Source: Octopus vulgaris
Taxonomy: Eukaryota
Direction: 5' to 3'
NCBI GenBank assembly: GCA_951406725.2
Contig: OX597817.1
Location: 64,728,001-64,792,000, forward strand
DNA: 64,000 nucleotides
Below are positions 13,701 to 28,700 of this stretch, piece by piece (within the stretch, counting starts at the first letter, position 1; each line of letters starts with the position of its first letter). Under the pieces are notes generated by a model that worked only from the letters and a program-made list of their open reading frames with translations, did not search any database and was not told where the DNA came from. The position numbers and the translations under genes are program-made.

Positions 13701-16700
13701 TTAGTGGTATTCATATCTTCTTTCTGGTAGAAAATGAGATGGTTTTAGCATGGTGTTAACAAACTGAGAAAACAATCACTAAATATAATGTAATCCTGTT
13801 TACAGTGATAGACTAGATACCTCCATGGTATCCTTTATTGTTAATAATCAGCTGAATAAAAAAAGGCTCTTGTGCTTTGTTCAAAATTGTTGTTCCCTTA
13901 GGATTTGAATTCTTATTATACAATAACTAAGATATAATGTCTCATGTACACTCCTGTCCCATAGCATTGCAACTTTCAGTATGCTCTCTTACATAAATCT
14001 AAGTATTATGTGTGGCACATCAAGTTTTGATTCCTAGCTGCAACTATTTCATTTTTATCATTCCTGCTGTTGTGAACATTACAAATTTTCATGTTTTCTC
14101 TTCAATTCAGTCAAAGTAACTAATTTTGTGTTTGTGTGGCGAGGGTGTTTTTCTTTATTAAACATTTTCCTTTGTTTTCCCAGGATGCGGTTTGCCAACA
14201 ATAAAGTGGAAGAGAATGATGGTATGTACAGCCATTATAACAGTGGTCATCAAGATAGTTCACAAACCCAACAGCAACATCACCAGCAGTTTCTTGGGGA
14301 TGCCTCAGGAGCAATTCCCAACTTTGTTGAAGTTGACACGTCAGTCATGCCATTGCACGATGGCATTATGATGGACCATATAAGAACTTTTGAAAAAATT
14401 TACAGAGAACACGCTGAGGTAAATATTTTAATTTTAAAGATTGCCAATGACTGAATACTTTTCAATACATTTGTTGTTGTTACTACAAGTAAACAAGCAT
14501 ACATACATGCATGCATGCACACGTGTGCAAAAATTGGCTTCTCTCAGTTTCTGACTATGAAATCTACTTACAAGACTTTGATTGATCCAGAGCTGTATAG
14601 AGGGCACTTACCCTAATTGCCATACAGTTGGTCTTGACCCAAAACTACGTGTTTGGGAAGCAAACTTCTCAATTTCATCAATGCCTGCACCCATTGTTTC
14701 TGTAAAGGTTATAGTAGTTGTGAAAGTACATTGGTGTTTTATATTCTCAACCAGAGTAGATTATTTCGCTCCTTTTAAGATAATTAAAATTTGTTTTTTA
14801 GCTGGGAAAGAAAGGAAAAACTAGCTACAGTCAGTTGTTAGCAATTCCCATGAAAATGAATTTTGCGAAATTGATTCCAAATTCTTGAAATTATCTCCCC
14901 ATCGTTAACCATTCCAAACAATTACTGCTAGTTTTTTTTCTTTCTTTCTTTTTCTATTCAAGAGGGAAATTTGCTTTAATTGAAAAGATTTTTGTGAACG
15001 TTGTTCAATGCATCACCTCTTGTCCTAAATTATCTTAATTTTTTTTCTCAAACGCTAATATGAAATGTACAACATATTAATAATTTACTCATTCACCAAA
15101 TATCATACGCCAAACAAAAACTGATAGCATTGATGGTATCACCCCAGCATGACTACACAGTCAGGTGACTTGTCTCAGTAAAACAATAAAAAAAAAAAGT
15201 GGAGGATAGATTTAACAGAAATAATATTGGATTTAGCTTCTTGTTAAAAGTATTTTATTTGCAGTACTAATTTGTATGGAAGTATCTGAAAATTAAAGCT
15301 TAGCAACCACCTTCTTATCATAGCTTCTGTTTACTCACAACTGATATAGGGCTACACAACAATATATAGCATGGTCCTATGAAGAAAAAATACTTTTATC
15401 TATTAACAAATACTCACTAATTTCTATTTTCCAGGCATGGGGCTATATTGGCTCAGGGTGTTGTTGATAGAATTAAGCCTAGTTAGTGTTCCCTCAAAGC
15501 TTTGTGCATGTGCACAAGCACACATAAGGTTTTCAAGATGAAATCAATGATTTTTAATTGTAAATGTTTACTCACATTGATGCATACAAGTGTATTTCTA
15601 CTCTCACCCACAGCAAGAAGTTAGAGGGAATCTTGTTCAGTATATTTCTGTTGCTTATTTTAAGTATTGTAAAGGATTTATGAATAACAAGATTTGAACG
15701 GAGAAAATTAAGGGTTCTCACCTAAGTGATTTCATATAAATAATAATAAGTACCCAGTGTAAGCTATGGACGCATAAGAGGTGCAACAATATCAAAGGAA
15801 GGCTAACTGGGAAGATAGTTTTTGTATGTGGCAGGTGCTCGGGAGCAATAAACACTGAAAATGTGCAGAGAACAACTTCCGCCACATTCCAGGGAGAAAA
15901 ACTAGAAGGTGACCAAGTCAGTAGCTGGGGAGGGTGCGCTGAAAGTGTAGCTGCTAGAATAAGAATAGCCTGAGCAAAGTTCAGAGAGCTCTTACCTCTG
16001 CTGGTGACAAAGGGCCTCTCACTTTGAATTAATCGATCATTATCTCATAGCTTTGAGATTTCATTAATGTAGTTATTTACTTTTAGAACGACATAGGGTA
16101 GGTGTGAGAGGCTGGATCTAGCCAGTTTGAACATAAAACAGGTTGAATATTTGGGCCGGATAGGACCAGTTTGAATACTAAAGGGTTAAGGTATTAACCA
16201 ACCTGAAGTTATGGTAGAAGACAGTTGCCAAAAGTATCATACTATGAAGTGAAACTTGAAACCACATAGGTAGAAGCAAATTTTATTACATATTCACCAG
16301 AGTGAAGTGGAGATCTCACTGCTTTCTATCTGATCAGACTATCTCAGAAGATTCAGTATTGTGATGTGGTTTCTGTCTATATACATTTTACAGATATTCC
16401 TTTTTTATTTCAGGCTATTGTGGATGCAGTAGTGAATTTACAGTTTTCCTTGATAGAAGCTCTGTGGCAGGGTTTCTGGAGAAACCAAACACTAGAACAG
16501 CAGCAAAGGTAGCTTTGTTTTAATCTTTTAATCCTTGCCTGTCAGATTCGATTTTGTTAGTGGTGGCTATATAATATTTGTGTAGTGTATTGCAAATGCC
16601 TATTTTCAAGAAACTTAGGTGTGATCTAAACACAGAAACTAGAAACAGAAAATCTAAAGACCTTAAAATATTCAGCCTGACTATTTAACTTCTAGTGTCA

Positions 16701-19700
16701 TGGGATGATTGCAGTTAGCTGATTGCAGTTAACTTGATTCTCATTGCCCTTCATTCTACTTACAGCGACTTTTACTTCTCTTACCTGCTAAATTCTATAA
16801 ATTGGTACATTTGAACACTAAAAAGTGCTGAGTTCAGTTTCTATTATGATTTCCTTTAAGAAAGTTTGCAATAGACAGAATGAATATGCCATGAAGGGTG
16901 TAGAGTTTTCACGCCTTGCCATTTGTCTAAGAATGAGGAAAGGTGGGAAAAGTTGTCCCTTATGCTAGAGGCAATCCTGATTTTACTCCTCTTTTATTTG
17001 TGAAAATAACAAGGGACAGTATAAGGAAGAATTAGGTAGGTAAATTAAAAGAAAAATAAACTAGAGAGAGAGAGAACTTGCAAAATTCTTGAACGTACCA
17101 TCAAGAATTTTAATTAATTCTAGAAGGAAAAGATACACTTTATTTTGTAAATGAAGTTTGTATTTTGAATTTAATCTTGTAATGCTTATAAGTTACCGTG
17201 TATGAAAGTAGAATGCTGGGGAAGTGCTCTGGTTAAACTCCCAGTAATCTGTGTCTGAACCCAGTTTTGATTTCTAATTTTCCTATTTTACTTATATGAT
17301 TTGTGCCCTTGAGAAATATGTAAACCTTCATAACTTTTCCTTTCTTTTCTATTGTAAATTCAAAGCCTTCAGCGTGTGTAACCAAGTAATAAATAGTAGT
17401 GATTGAATTGGTTTCTTTAAATTCAATTTTCTCTTTTCATTACACAGCACTGACAATAATTATGAGAAAAGGCTTCCCAAAGATAAACTGTACACTATGT
17501 GTAAATATGAACCTTTGCAGAAGTATGTCCAAAGATCTGATTACGCATTTTATCAAGCTCTTGTTGAAGTTCTAATACCTGATGTTCTTCGACCGATACC
17601 CAGTAAGTACTGACAAAATATTTTTCTCTCTCTGTCTGTTAATTACTATATGTATACTAACTGCTTTAAACATAGTTGCAGGCATGGCTGTGTGGTAAGA
17701 AGCATATCCGAAAAGTTTGCCGCAGGAAAATTCACCTCAGAATTTTGGGCTGTAGGAATGTTTGCCGCAAGGCAAAAGATGACTTGCTCCTCTTGATATA
17801 TAATTGTTTCAACAATAAGAAGGGTAAAACAATTGCTTAACTCGTTTAAAATTTTCTATTCATTTGGCAAAATTTTTTTGTGTAGCGGAAATTTTAAATA
17901 AGTTAAGAAATTGCTTTACCCCTTCTTATTGGTTGAAACAATTATATACCAAGGGGAGCAATTCATCTTGTCTTGCAGCAAACTTTCCTACAACCGGTAT
18001 GGTTGCTTCCCAGTCACATGGTTCCATGCTCAGTCCCACTGCGTGGCACCTTGAGCAAGTGACTTCTACTATAGCCTCAGGCTGACCAGAGTCTTAAGTG
18101 GATTTGGTTGATAGAAACTGAAAGAAGCCTGTGATGTGTGTTTGTTCCCCACCACCGCTTGACAACTGGTGCGTTTACATCCTTGTAAGTTTGGCAAAAA
18201 GACGCTGATAGAATAAGTACTAGGCTATATAAAAAAATTCTGTAGGGCAGTGTCCCAGCATGGCTGCTGTCTAATGACAGAGACAAGTAAAAGAAAGTGT
18301 ATTATTACATATGGGATGGCTAAATAGGTAAGTTTCTGAACCATTGATTTCCAGGAAGTATCAGTTTGTACTCTTATATACAAAGGATGTATAATTCTCA
18401 CTTGTTTCAATCACCTTTGGTTAAGAAATTAATTCTTTGCTTTTTTTGATGAATGACATAAAGAGCCTCAATAGGAAAGTAAAAGATTAAAAACATACTG
18501 ACTAGATATTTGGTCTGAATTTTACTGATATGGTGTAACTGTGATTGAAGTTAGATGCTATACTATTGACCATGTAGTCTTAAACTCAAATTGGGAAGTT
18601 AGCAAGTGTACTCCAATTTAATTGATCTCTGTATTTTTGATTTGTTGTCAACTCAGGAGAGAGGAGAAGCAAAGTTGATCTCAGTAGAGTTTGAACTCAA
18701 TATAAATTATGTAGCTTAATAGTGCAGAGAATTTTAACTGGTATTCTGCTAATGATATGCCTGTAACTAAATACATATAGTTACACCTCTACAGAAGCTG
18801 GTATTAAAAATATTAAAAATAAATGTTCCTATTCTCCAAGAGCTGGAGCTTAGCTCTGTAAAGTGGTCCTTGTAGTGTGAAGTTGGTGAAAGATTAATTT
18901 CCTCCTGAACAGGATATCAATTTGTGCAGACAATATCCTCAGGTAACCTAATACTTATTTTTGACAAGGAGGTAACTTAGATCAATGAAGAATAAGTTTG
19001 TGCTCTCTCCAGAAACACAGTGAAATGTCTGCTGAGAATTTGAACTGATAACCTTTGTGCAAATAGTCCAATCATCTTATCCATGAAGGTGTATCACAGT
19101 TACCTTAGAAAGGGTGAATGCAAAAGTGAGAAAGACAAAGATGTGAAGAATAATATAAAAATATACATTATATCTACTGTACGCATTGAAAGCTCAATTT
19201 TGTTTTCAAAACTTCTTTCAGGCTCTTTAACTCAGGCTATACGGAATTTTGCTAAAAGTTTAGAGAACTGGTTAAAAGGTGCAATGCATGGTGTTCCAGA
19301 TGAAATGGTCAAAACTAAGGTATGATTATTTACATAGGTTTGTGTATATTCAGGTCCAGATTTTAAGAGACTGTGGTCTCAAGCTGTGAGATCCTTATAG
19401 AAGACCGCCTATATGGCAGTTGTACACAGAATGAGGAAAATAATATCTAAAAGGAATTGATAATTATATAATAAATCCAACAAGCTTGTATTGAAAATGA
19501 TTATTTTTATTTAATAATTAGTTAATAACTGTTATTAATTAGGTTACTTAATATAAAATTATATTAAAATTTTAATGAACGAAAAATATCCCAATATTTT
19601 AAGAGGTCTTTAGCTGTAGCCAAACTAGCTTATCTCTAGACCTTGCTAATGTGTATCAATCAGCCTAGTTACCTAGCATTGAAGTTAGGTAAAAACATAG

Positions 19701-22700
19701 AATATTATCTCATATGTCTTGATGGTTCTGAGTTTGAGGATAATATATATATATAGTTTTGTTTTGTTTTTTGTCTTGCAAGTACTTGGTGACCCTGTCA
19801 GTTCAGGTGCCACCCAGTCCACACTGTAAAGTGTTTGGTGTTCAGAAGGGCATCCAGCTGTAAAAACCTTGCCAAAGTTGATCTCACCTGTGCTTCTGCC
19901 ACATAAAAAACACTAGTTCCACTCTGCTGGGTAGTTGGTGTTGGGTAGGACATCCAGCTGTAAAAATCCTGCCTAAACAGTCACAGATGTCTGGTGCAGG
20001 CTTCTGCCTGACCAGCTCTTGTGAAACCATCCCACCCATGCTAGCATGGAAGGCAGATGTTAAATGATGGTGATGATGACGACGACGACAAAGACGAAGA
20101 TAGATAGATAGATATATATATCATCGTCATCATCATCATCATCGTTTAACGTCTGCTTTCCATGCTAGCATGGGTTCGACGGTTTGACTGAGGGCTGGCA
20201 AACTAGATAGCTGCACCAGGCTCCAGTCTTGATCTGGCTGAATTTCTACAGCTGGATGCCCTTCCTAACGCCAACTATTCTGAGAGTGTAGGGGTGCTTT
20301 TACGTGCCAGTAAGGCAATGCTGGTAACGATCTCGCTCGAATGGTGCCTTTTACATGCCACTGGCACGGAAGCCAGTTAGCCGCTCTGGCAACGATTATG
20401 CTCAGATGGTGCTATAAGCAACAAGGATATCCAGAGGTAAGGCAGCAGTACGATCGTTTCACGCAACTCCATTTAATTGAACAATGCAACCATTACATCA
20501 ATTTAAATGCAGAGCAATCCTCAGCTGCACAAAGGCATAAAATTTAATTAAATTAAAACAGATGGACACATTAGTATAATTTTACTTATATATATATGTA
20601 TATTTATAGTTTGCACATTCTAAAGAGATGAGCTGCCAGCTTTTGTATATATAAGCATAACTCAGAGATGCCATCTATGTGAAAAACAATAATTAAGTTA
20701 CATGAGAGAACTAACTAAAGTAATTATTCAGTGAACAACAAACAATATTTGATGGCTTATAATATTTTATTTTGGTAAGTATGGAAGACAATTCTGAAAA
20801 AGTTTTGATCTTGTTATGACCTCATCAGCAAAGTATAATTTCTGACCTTGATATCTACCAAAATCGTTAAAAGATGTTAATCTGACTAATATTGTTTATC
20901 CCTGCTGTTTTATTTCAGTTCAGTTTTTTAATGTTCCTTGCTTTAAATATTTTAACACTAAATTACTACTTAATTTCTATAATGAGTGGGTCTTTTCTAA
21001 AGATATTGTTTAGGGCCATGTCAACCCCGTTTGATCAGACATGATTAATGATGCTCTACTTGTAACCAATCTTTTTTAAGACAGTGGGGTGTGATTTGAA
21101 ACAAAACTTGGCTGCTGTTTCTACCAAGTTAAATGATTAAGTAGAAGCTTTTTCATTAGTTTTCTGAAGTTATAGCTACATTTTGTATGTTGAGATTGTG
21201 GTTGTTGTTTTCATTTGACCCACATTCATGTCCTTTCTTGCATATACCCAAGAATATTTTATCCAAGATATTTGACATAGAATCCAAAACACAAACACAG
21301 AAAATTCAGCAAAGCAAAAGTGGTTAAATAATTTGAAATAGTATAAATCTACTACTTACATTGAACACATCTCGTTGCATACTGCAGGATGGTACATAAG
21401 TGTTTAATAGGTGCAAATTTTTGTGACTATATGGATCTCCAACTTAGGCCAAAGCTGACTGTAGAAACATCAGAATGTACTTTGCATGTTATTGGTCTCT
21501 GTGTTGTCTTTACACTGGCCTGTGGCAGTGCAAGTAGCTCGAAGGTACTGATCAACTCCTTCCAGAATCTCACTATCAAATATGACAGGGACCCTTCAAA
21601 AAGTAAGATGCCAGCAATGTAATATTTGTTGATTTTCATCCCAATATTGTGTGACCTGTAAACACTGAGATGTTCAGAGGCTGATTAGATGTTTACATAG
21701 TTATCTGAAATATCAATATAGTTGAAATCTGTGAAACTCCTTTATAAATTCACATATAGCTTTCTTGCAGGTAGGAAAAGCAATAAGTAACGTGTCATTG
21801 CCAAGAATATGGCACAAATGGTTTTCTTTTTTTTATTTCTTATGTTGCAAATTTCAACAAAATATGTTTTTGAATGTATTTTAATTTACTTAATATATAT
21901 CTTGCAGGTTGGTGCAGTAAGTGCATTTGCACAGACACTGCGTCGATATACATCATTAAATCATCTTGCACAAGCAGCTCGTGCTGTACTTCAAAACACA
22001 TCACAGATTAATCAAATGTTAACAGATTTAAATCGAGTCGATTTTGCTAATGTTCAGGTAAGTTTTGTCTTCTCTCTCTTTTTTGTGGTAGTTGGGTACA
22101 TTTTGTAATGCCAGTTGTAAATCAGCTTCTTATGAATTAAGGTGACCTATGTATAGTTGAGGGTTTTGGTATCTTTAATCAAAATAAGCTATTTTGATAA
22201 TAATTTCAATACCTTTGTAGTTTATATATTATTAACGTCTATTTTGTAGCAAAAGTTATATTCTTACATTTGTATATATTTCAGAAACATTTTTGTATTA
22301 GGTCATTAGAATGCTGGCCTTCTGTTGGAAACTTCATTACTAAATCTATAATTCATAAAAAAAAGTTGCTTGTTCCACTTCACATCACATCATTTGATAT
22401 CCTGTTAACAAAGACATCCAGCAGTTCAATTACTGCTAAACAAGTGTGTTTATGATGTTTGATGTGGGATATTTTTTAGTTATTTTGAGATAGCTGAAAC
22501 TGCATATTGCAATGTTTTAGTGCTTCAACTAGGAGAACAGTAAATATAAGATGATAGCAGATATTATAATTAGATACTATAAATAATCTATTCTCTGTTG
22601 CTTTTCACTGTTAATTTTATTCACTTAGTACTAGCAGGTTTATAGCTTCTGTTTTTAAGTTGGGAAAAATATCCAAAACCATTTTCATGTTTTTTACTCT

Positions 22701-25700
22701 TGTAATTTAAGCTTTTAATTGCTTTAATTATGATGTTGAAATATTTTTATCTTTGTAATTTTTGAAAATAAATATTTTACAAGATGAAACTGCATATACA
22801 AAAATTAACATCATAGAAAGTTATCAAGCATTCCATTCTGAAAAATACAATCTTACAAGTAGTTGAGGAAGTCATTCATTGGGTGCTTTCCTTTTCTGAT
22901 GTTAACATTCACAGTACACTCTTTTGCTATCATTAATCTTTTCAATTTTATGAAGATTGGTTGAATTCAAAAGGATGACAACTATGATGAATTTTTATCC
23001 CTATACTAATTCAGTGAAATATAAAATTATTTAAATTTTGATTAAATATCATTATATATTATGAATTATTAGCCAATATTCAATTAGGTATCGAACGGAG
23101 TTGTAGGATAGATCATCAAAGAAGAATTATGTACATGGTTGGATTTTCAACTGAACACAAGTGCATATAAAATAGGTATATGTCAAGGTAAAACAATACT
23201 ACTTGCAAAAATTTATTAAAATGTTTGAAGTAAACTAGAAAATGAAATAAATTCACTTATACTATATTTATTGAACAAAAAGTTACATATATTTGAGCAG
23301 AACTTATCACTCCCCTTACAGGTAAATTACAAAACTGGAAAATAATGTATTTTATAAAATAGAATTATGCATACAAAATAAAACTATGCATACAAAATAA
23401 AACTAGTAGTTCTTTCATGAAATTTATTAAAAATCCCACTCTGCAGAATCCACTACGTTCTTTTCTGTTTCATAAAAATTGCAGACATCCTCTGGCCAGT
23501 TTTCTACATTTCTCACAACAGTTATTTTCCTTGAATTACTCTGCTTTCAGTTAAGTTGAAACAGCAGATAGTTGCATTGCTTTTGAGTTACATATAATTT
23601 GGCATATAGTAATAATGCATTAGCAGTATTCATATTTACTATATGTGAAACCAGGTATCATCATCATTTATCTGGTCTACAACATGGCAATAACTTGTCT
23701 GTTACAATTGGTCTACACCACATATGAAGCTGTCATTATGAAGATTTACAAATGATGTGTCAATTTTACAATTGCTATGACATGTATATGTTGTCACACT
23801 TAAGTTTAGCCAAAGTGAAAAACCAGTCATTTAGCTTTGTTTATGGTATAGAAGTGATCATTTCCAAACAACATGCTGATTTGCACTTTTGTCTTTTGTT
23901 CTCATATAAAATTAAACCTACAACAGTACCCAGATCTTTCATACAGTTCATTTTATTGGCTTGCCTGACATATCCAGCCTTTATACCTCATCATCCTTTT
24001 GCCTATGACACTTTCCATTAGCTTTTATACACTGTCCTGGTGTATACTGTTGGTGTCTCATAAATGAAAATAGACACAGGTTTAAAAACCAGGTTTGGGT
24101 CGTAATAATGAAGACATGTTACTAGAGGGGTCATATATGCTCCAGCAATTGGTAATCCTGGATAGCTTTCTTATGCTCATTATTTATGGCACAAAAAAAT
24201 GCCTGAGTTTTTTCAAGGTATGTAAGAGACCATTGTTTTTTCCATTCTCTATATTGTGTAGCAGCTAGTCTTTCCTCACTTAAATTGGGATAAACAATTT
24301 TCATTTGCTGCAGCTGCTTCTTCCTTTAAAAAACTTTCAAAATCCTAATTGCTACTGCTAAATCTGAAATTAGTATCCATTAAGAAAATGTAAAAAAAAT
24401 AAAACAGATGTGGGGGAAATAGCCATAATATGCAGGCTACACAAAATGAAACAATGTCAGACCATGTACAACAAGTAATAACCTCGTGAAATCATCTTAT
24501 TATAAATATAGTAAAGAGATTTACAGTCACATTTTGATTTAACCCTTTAGCATTCAGATTATTATGTCAAATGTCATGTTTATTCATATTGTTTTGAATT
24601 AATCATGAATTATCTTGTTTCAAGACCTCAATGATGTTACTGTTTATTTTTAGAATGACATTTTATAATAGATGTGCAAAGCTGGATATAGCCACCTTGA
24701 ATGCTAAAGTGTTAAATATATAGGTTGATTTGGACTGATTGCTTAAAAAGAGGTTAAATGTGATTTGTATTTTGTATGTTTTTATTTTTGTCCTTTTTTC
24801 AACCCTAATATTATAATGCTTGAATTTCATTTTAAATCAGTATTATAATGTTTAATTTGCTTCACCCATTGCCCAAAAGAAAACCAATTCCAACTGTGAT
24901 ATGTTGTTTTCATTGGGTTCTTTTGGATTAAGTTTAATTTTACTTTGTTTGCTTGTAGGAACAAGCTTCATGGGTGTGTCAGTGTGAAGATGCTATGGTC
25001 CATCAGCTGGAACAGGACTTCAAGAAAACTCTCCAGTCACAGAACTCCCTAGAGCAGTGGGCTGTATGGCTTGAAGGAGTTGTCAACCAGATCTTAAAGC
25101 CACATGAAGGCAGTGCTAATTTTCCAAAAGCTGCAAGACAGTTTTTATTGAAATGGTCATTCTATAGGTACATTGACTATATTTTATTTATTTATTTTAT
25201 ATGTATAAACTCTACAATTTCATTTGGATATACTGTATGGTAATTTCCCTTCTCTTTCATGTTAATTGTTAATAATATCTTGTATCTCCAAAATCACTCA
25301 CTCTCAGAAATCTGGACTCTCAGAACTATAGTGAATGTATTGAATCGCTACAAATTCAGTATGAATTCTGTAAAATGAGTTTACTTTGAAGATCTGTTTC
25401 TTCAGCACCAAACACTTGGGTGCCTGTTGTATGCAGTCAGACCCATCCATTGGTTTCCTTTCTTTTCTGCCATGTCCTTCCTGTAGATATTTGTGCTGAC
25501 CATTGACTGTATCAGTTTTGTCAATCCTGGAGAGTCTGCTGCTATTTGGGCTCTGGGACTTCAGTGACTAACTTCAAAAAAATTTTTCAAAAGACATACT
25601 ACCAGTGCTCTCTTTTTACCTTGGCAAATTTTACCAAATGCAGAATTTTTTGCCTTTGACATTCAAAAAATTTTTACTGTATTTTCAATGAGGATTTTAT

Positions 25701-28700
25701 TATAAAGTAGTCTGTTGTGGATTGGTAACTTCTTTTTATAAGTAATTCTTTAACAATATTCTCTGATGTATCGAGTATCCAATCTTTTCCCAAACTCTCT
25801 TACTTCTGTACATCAGCTAATCCCTAATCAGCCTCTTGTAGTTACAACGAAAATATCACTACAGACATCCCTTAATTATTGAAAGTAAACAGCTGTGCTC
25901 TTTTATTTCTTGGTAGTTATAATATCAAAAAACATTATAGATAGAAGATATATTCCTGGCAACTCAGATCATTGACTTGTTTTCACTTTTTTGTTTTAGC
26001 GAGTCCATTTCATTTATGTTGCCTCCCTAATCAGCCTCTTGTAGTTACAACAAAAATATCACTACAGACATCCCTTAATTATTGAAAGTAAACAGCTGTG
26101 CTCTTTTATTTCTTGGTAGTTATAATATCAAAAAACATTATAGATAGAAGATATATTCCTGGCAACTCAGATCATTGACTTGTTTTCACTTTTTTGTTTT
26201 AGCGAGTCCATTTCATTTATGTTGCCTATGTCTTTATGAATGTCATAACACCCATTTCTTTTTCCATTTAAAATTTTAGGTTTTATTCTCACCTGGAGAA
26301 GCAACTAGCAGCCATTCTAGGATATCCATTTCATGACAGTCTTTTAAAATAGCATATTAAAAAAAACAAATGGGCTTTTTAAAGACTATAGAAATCAAAT
26401 ATTTTGCTTGTCTAAGTTCAACTTAGATAAATAGTAGACCCTGGGGAAACTAGTAGTATGGTAATTGTTGTTTTATGTTGGAAAAAATATCATCATCATA
26501 TTACATCTGTTTTCTATGGGTTCAATGATTTGACAAGATTCAATGGGTCAGGGGACAGTATCTTGCTCTAGTGTCTCAATTTTAACTTGATTTCTATGGT
26601 AGGATGCACTTCATAGCACCAATACTATAGAGGTTATCTTGCCCTCAGCATAAGATAAATCTTCTCAAACTTTGTGTTTTCTCTACGTGATTCACTAATG
26701 AGAAGAATAAAGAGAACAATGACTTTAGGTGAGGTGTTTGGGGAAATTACAATATGCTGGGTGAAATGGATTTATTGTTATGAGTGGTGTTGAGAGAAGT
26801 TTAGATGCTTTGTGGTATTTAATTACATGAATTGAAATCCTACCTAGAATTGATAAAAATAAATGTCAGTAATATACAGTAGTAAAAAAGACAAGCCATG
26901 TACCATCCTGTCAAAAGCTTAAGATATCTTAATCATTATCAACAAATAAAAATTACCATTTTCAGAACAACTCTGGTCTTGGTCTTGTAGTATCAACAAT
27001 ATTCGGTGTTACTTTTATGGCTAATATTTTCTTGACTCTCACATCTAGTTATTGTAAGTGAATGAAAGTAATTATACATACTAGCAGTCTTCTGTTAGAC
27101 CCTTGCTGATATTTTCACATTTGATTCCCAATTCTAATAATTTTTATATTTTAGGTCTAATTATTTTATCAGTCATAATCTCTCTTTTTTTAAACAAACT
27201 TCACGGTAGCCCAACAACAGATGGAGAAGCAGTTTGTCAATTACTTTTATATATGTATATGTGTGTGTGTGTGTGTGTGTGAATCTTCAAAACATTCTCG
27301 AATAGTTTTAAGTTTTTGTCTACGAATAAAATTTCTTCCATATTTTTAACCTTATTTTGGAGATGAAAGATATTTTAATATTTACTTTCTTTGAGTAACT
27401 AGAACATCACCAATCTTTTATTGGGTATCAGCATCATCATTTATTGTCCATAATACAGAATAATGAGATGTTTAATTTTCAAAATAAAAATATTTGTTCA
27501 ATTAAAATAAAATTAATACAAACTTCTTATTTGTATATTTACAATATATATATGTATGTATATTTGTAATAAATATGATATCAATAGGGATAATACTATT
27601 TAACTGTCTTATGCTTCCCATATAAACATTCTAAACTAATGAAGCTGAAGTCAAGATCGGAGTTATCTCCCTTAAGTGACAACCAAAAAGATCAACTAAG
27701 GCAGTTTACATGTGTAAATAAAATCCTATTAACAACAACTCATCTGAGACATTTAAACATTTAATCCCAGTCCCAGTATGTATGTACATGCATGAATGTT
27801 TCTTTTAGTTTCCCTCTACCAGATCCACTCACAGGGCTTTGATAAGCTCAGAGCTATAGCAGAAGGCACTTGCCCAAGGAATATGCAGTGGCACTGAATA
27901 ACAGGACCCTGTGGTGGGAAACAAAACTTATTGCCCCACAGCTGATGAACAGTAAATAGTATCATTGGTTACAGGTTTCCAATGGGCCAATTATTGGTTC
28001 ACTGCATTTTTTGACAGTAGGGGTTATATGGACGTATCTGTGTAACTTCAAAAATATCACGTAAAACTGAAAAGTACTGATTTCTTTACCAGTGTTGTAC
28101 ATTCATTAGCAAAAGTTTATATACTCATACATATTTTCTTCAGATAAACGTGCATTATTCATTACTAGTTGTCGAAAAATCCTGTCCTTATTTGCTTTTC
28201 AAATTCAGTAGCCCTATGATATTACCCATCCAATAAATAATTCATATGGTTTAACCTTTCGTAAATAGGATTAGGCTTTAACTGTTTATAACTCTACAAA
28301 CTTAAGCACAGGCATGGCAGTGTGGTAAGAAGCAAGCTTCCTGCCATATGGTTCTGGATTCAGTCCCACTGCATGGCACCTTGAGTGTCTTCTACTATAG
28401 TTAGTCTCAGGCCAACCAAAGCATTGTGAGTAGATTTAATAAATGGAAACAAGTGTTGGGGGTCAATTCATCCAACTAAAATTTCTTCAACATGGCCACA
28501 GTCTAATAACTGAAACAAGTAAGATAAAAGAAACTTTCCTAGATCATTACATCTTGTCACCTAGGAGACAAAACTCTAAGCTATTGTAGGTTGCCAGCTT
28601 TGTTTCTTTTCTTTTTACGAAAGTCATTCTAATGTATCTGTTTTATTTATTTATAGTTCAATGGTTATTCGAGATTTGACTTTGCGGAGTGCTGCCAGCT

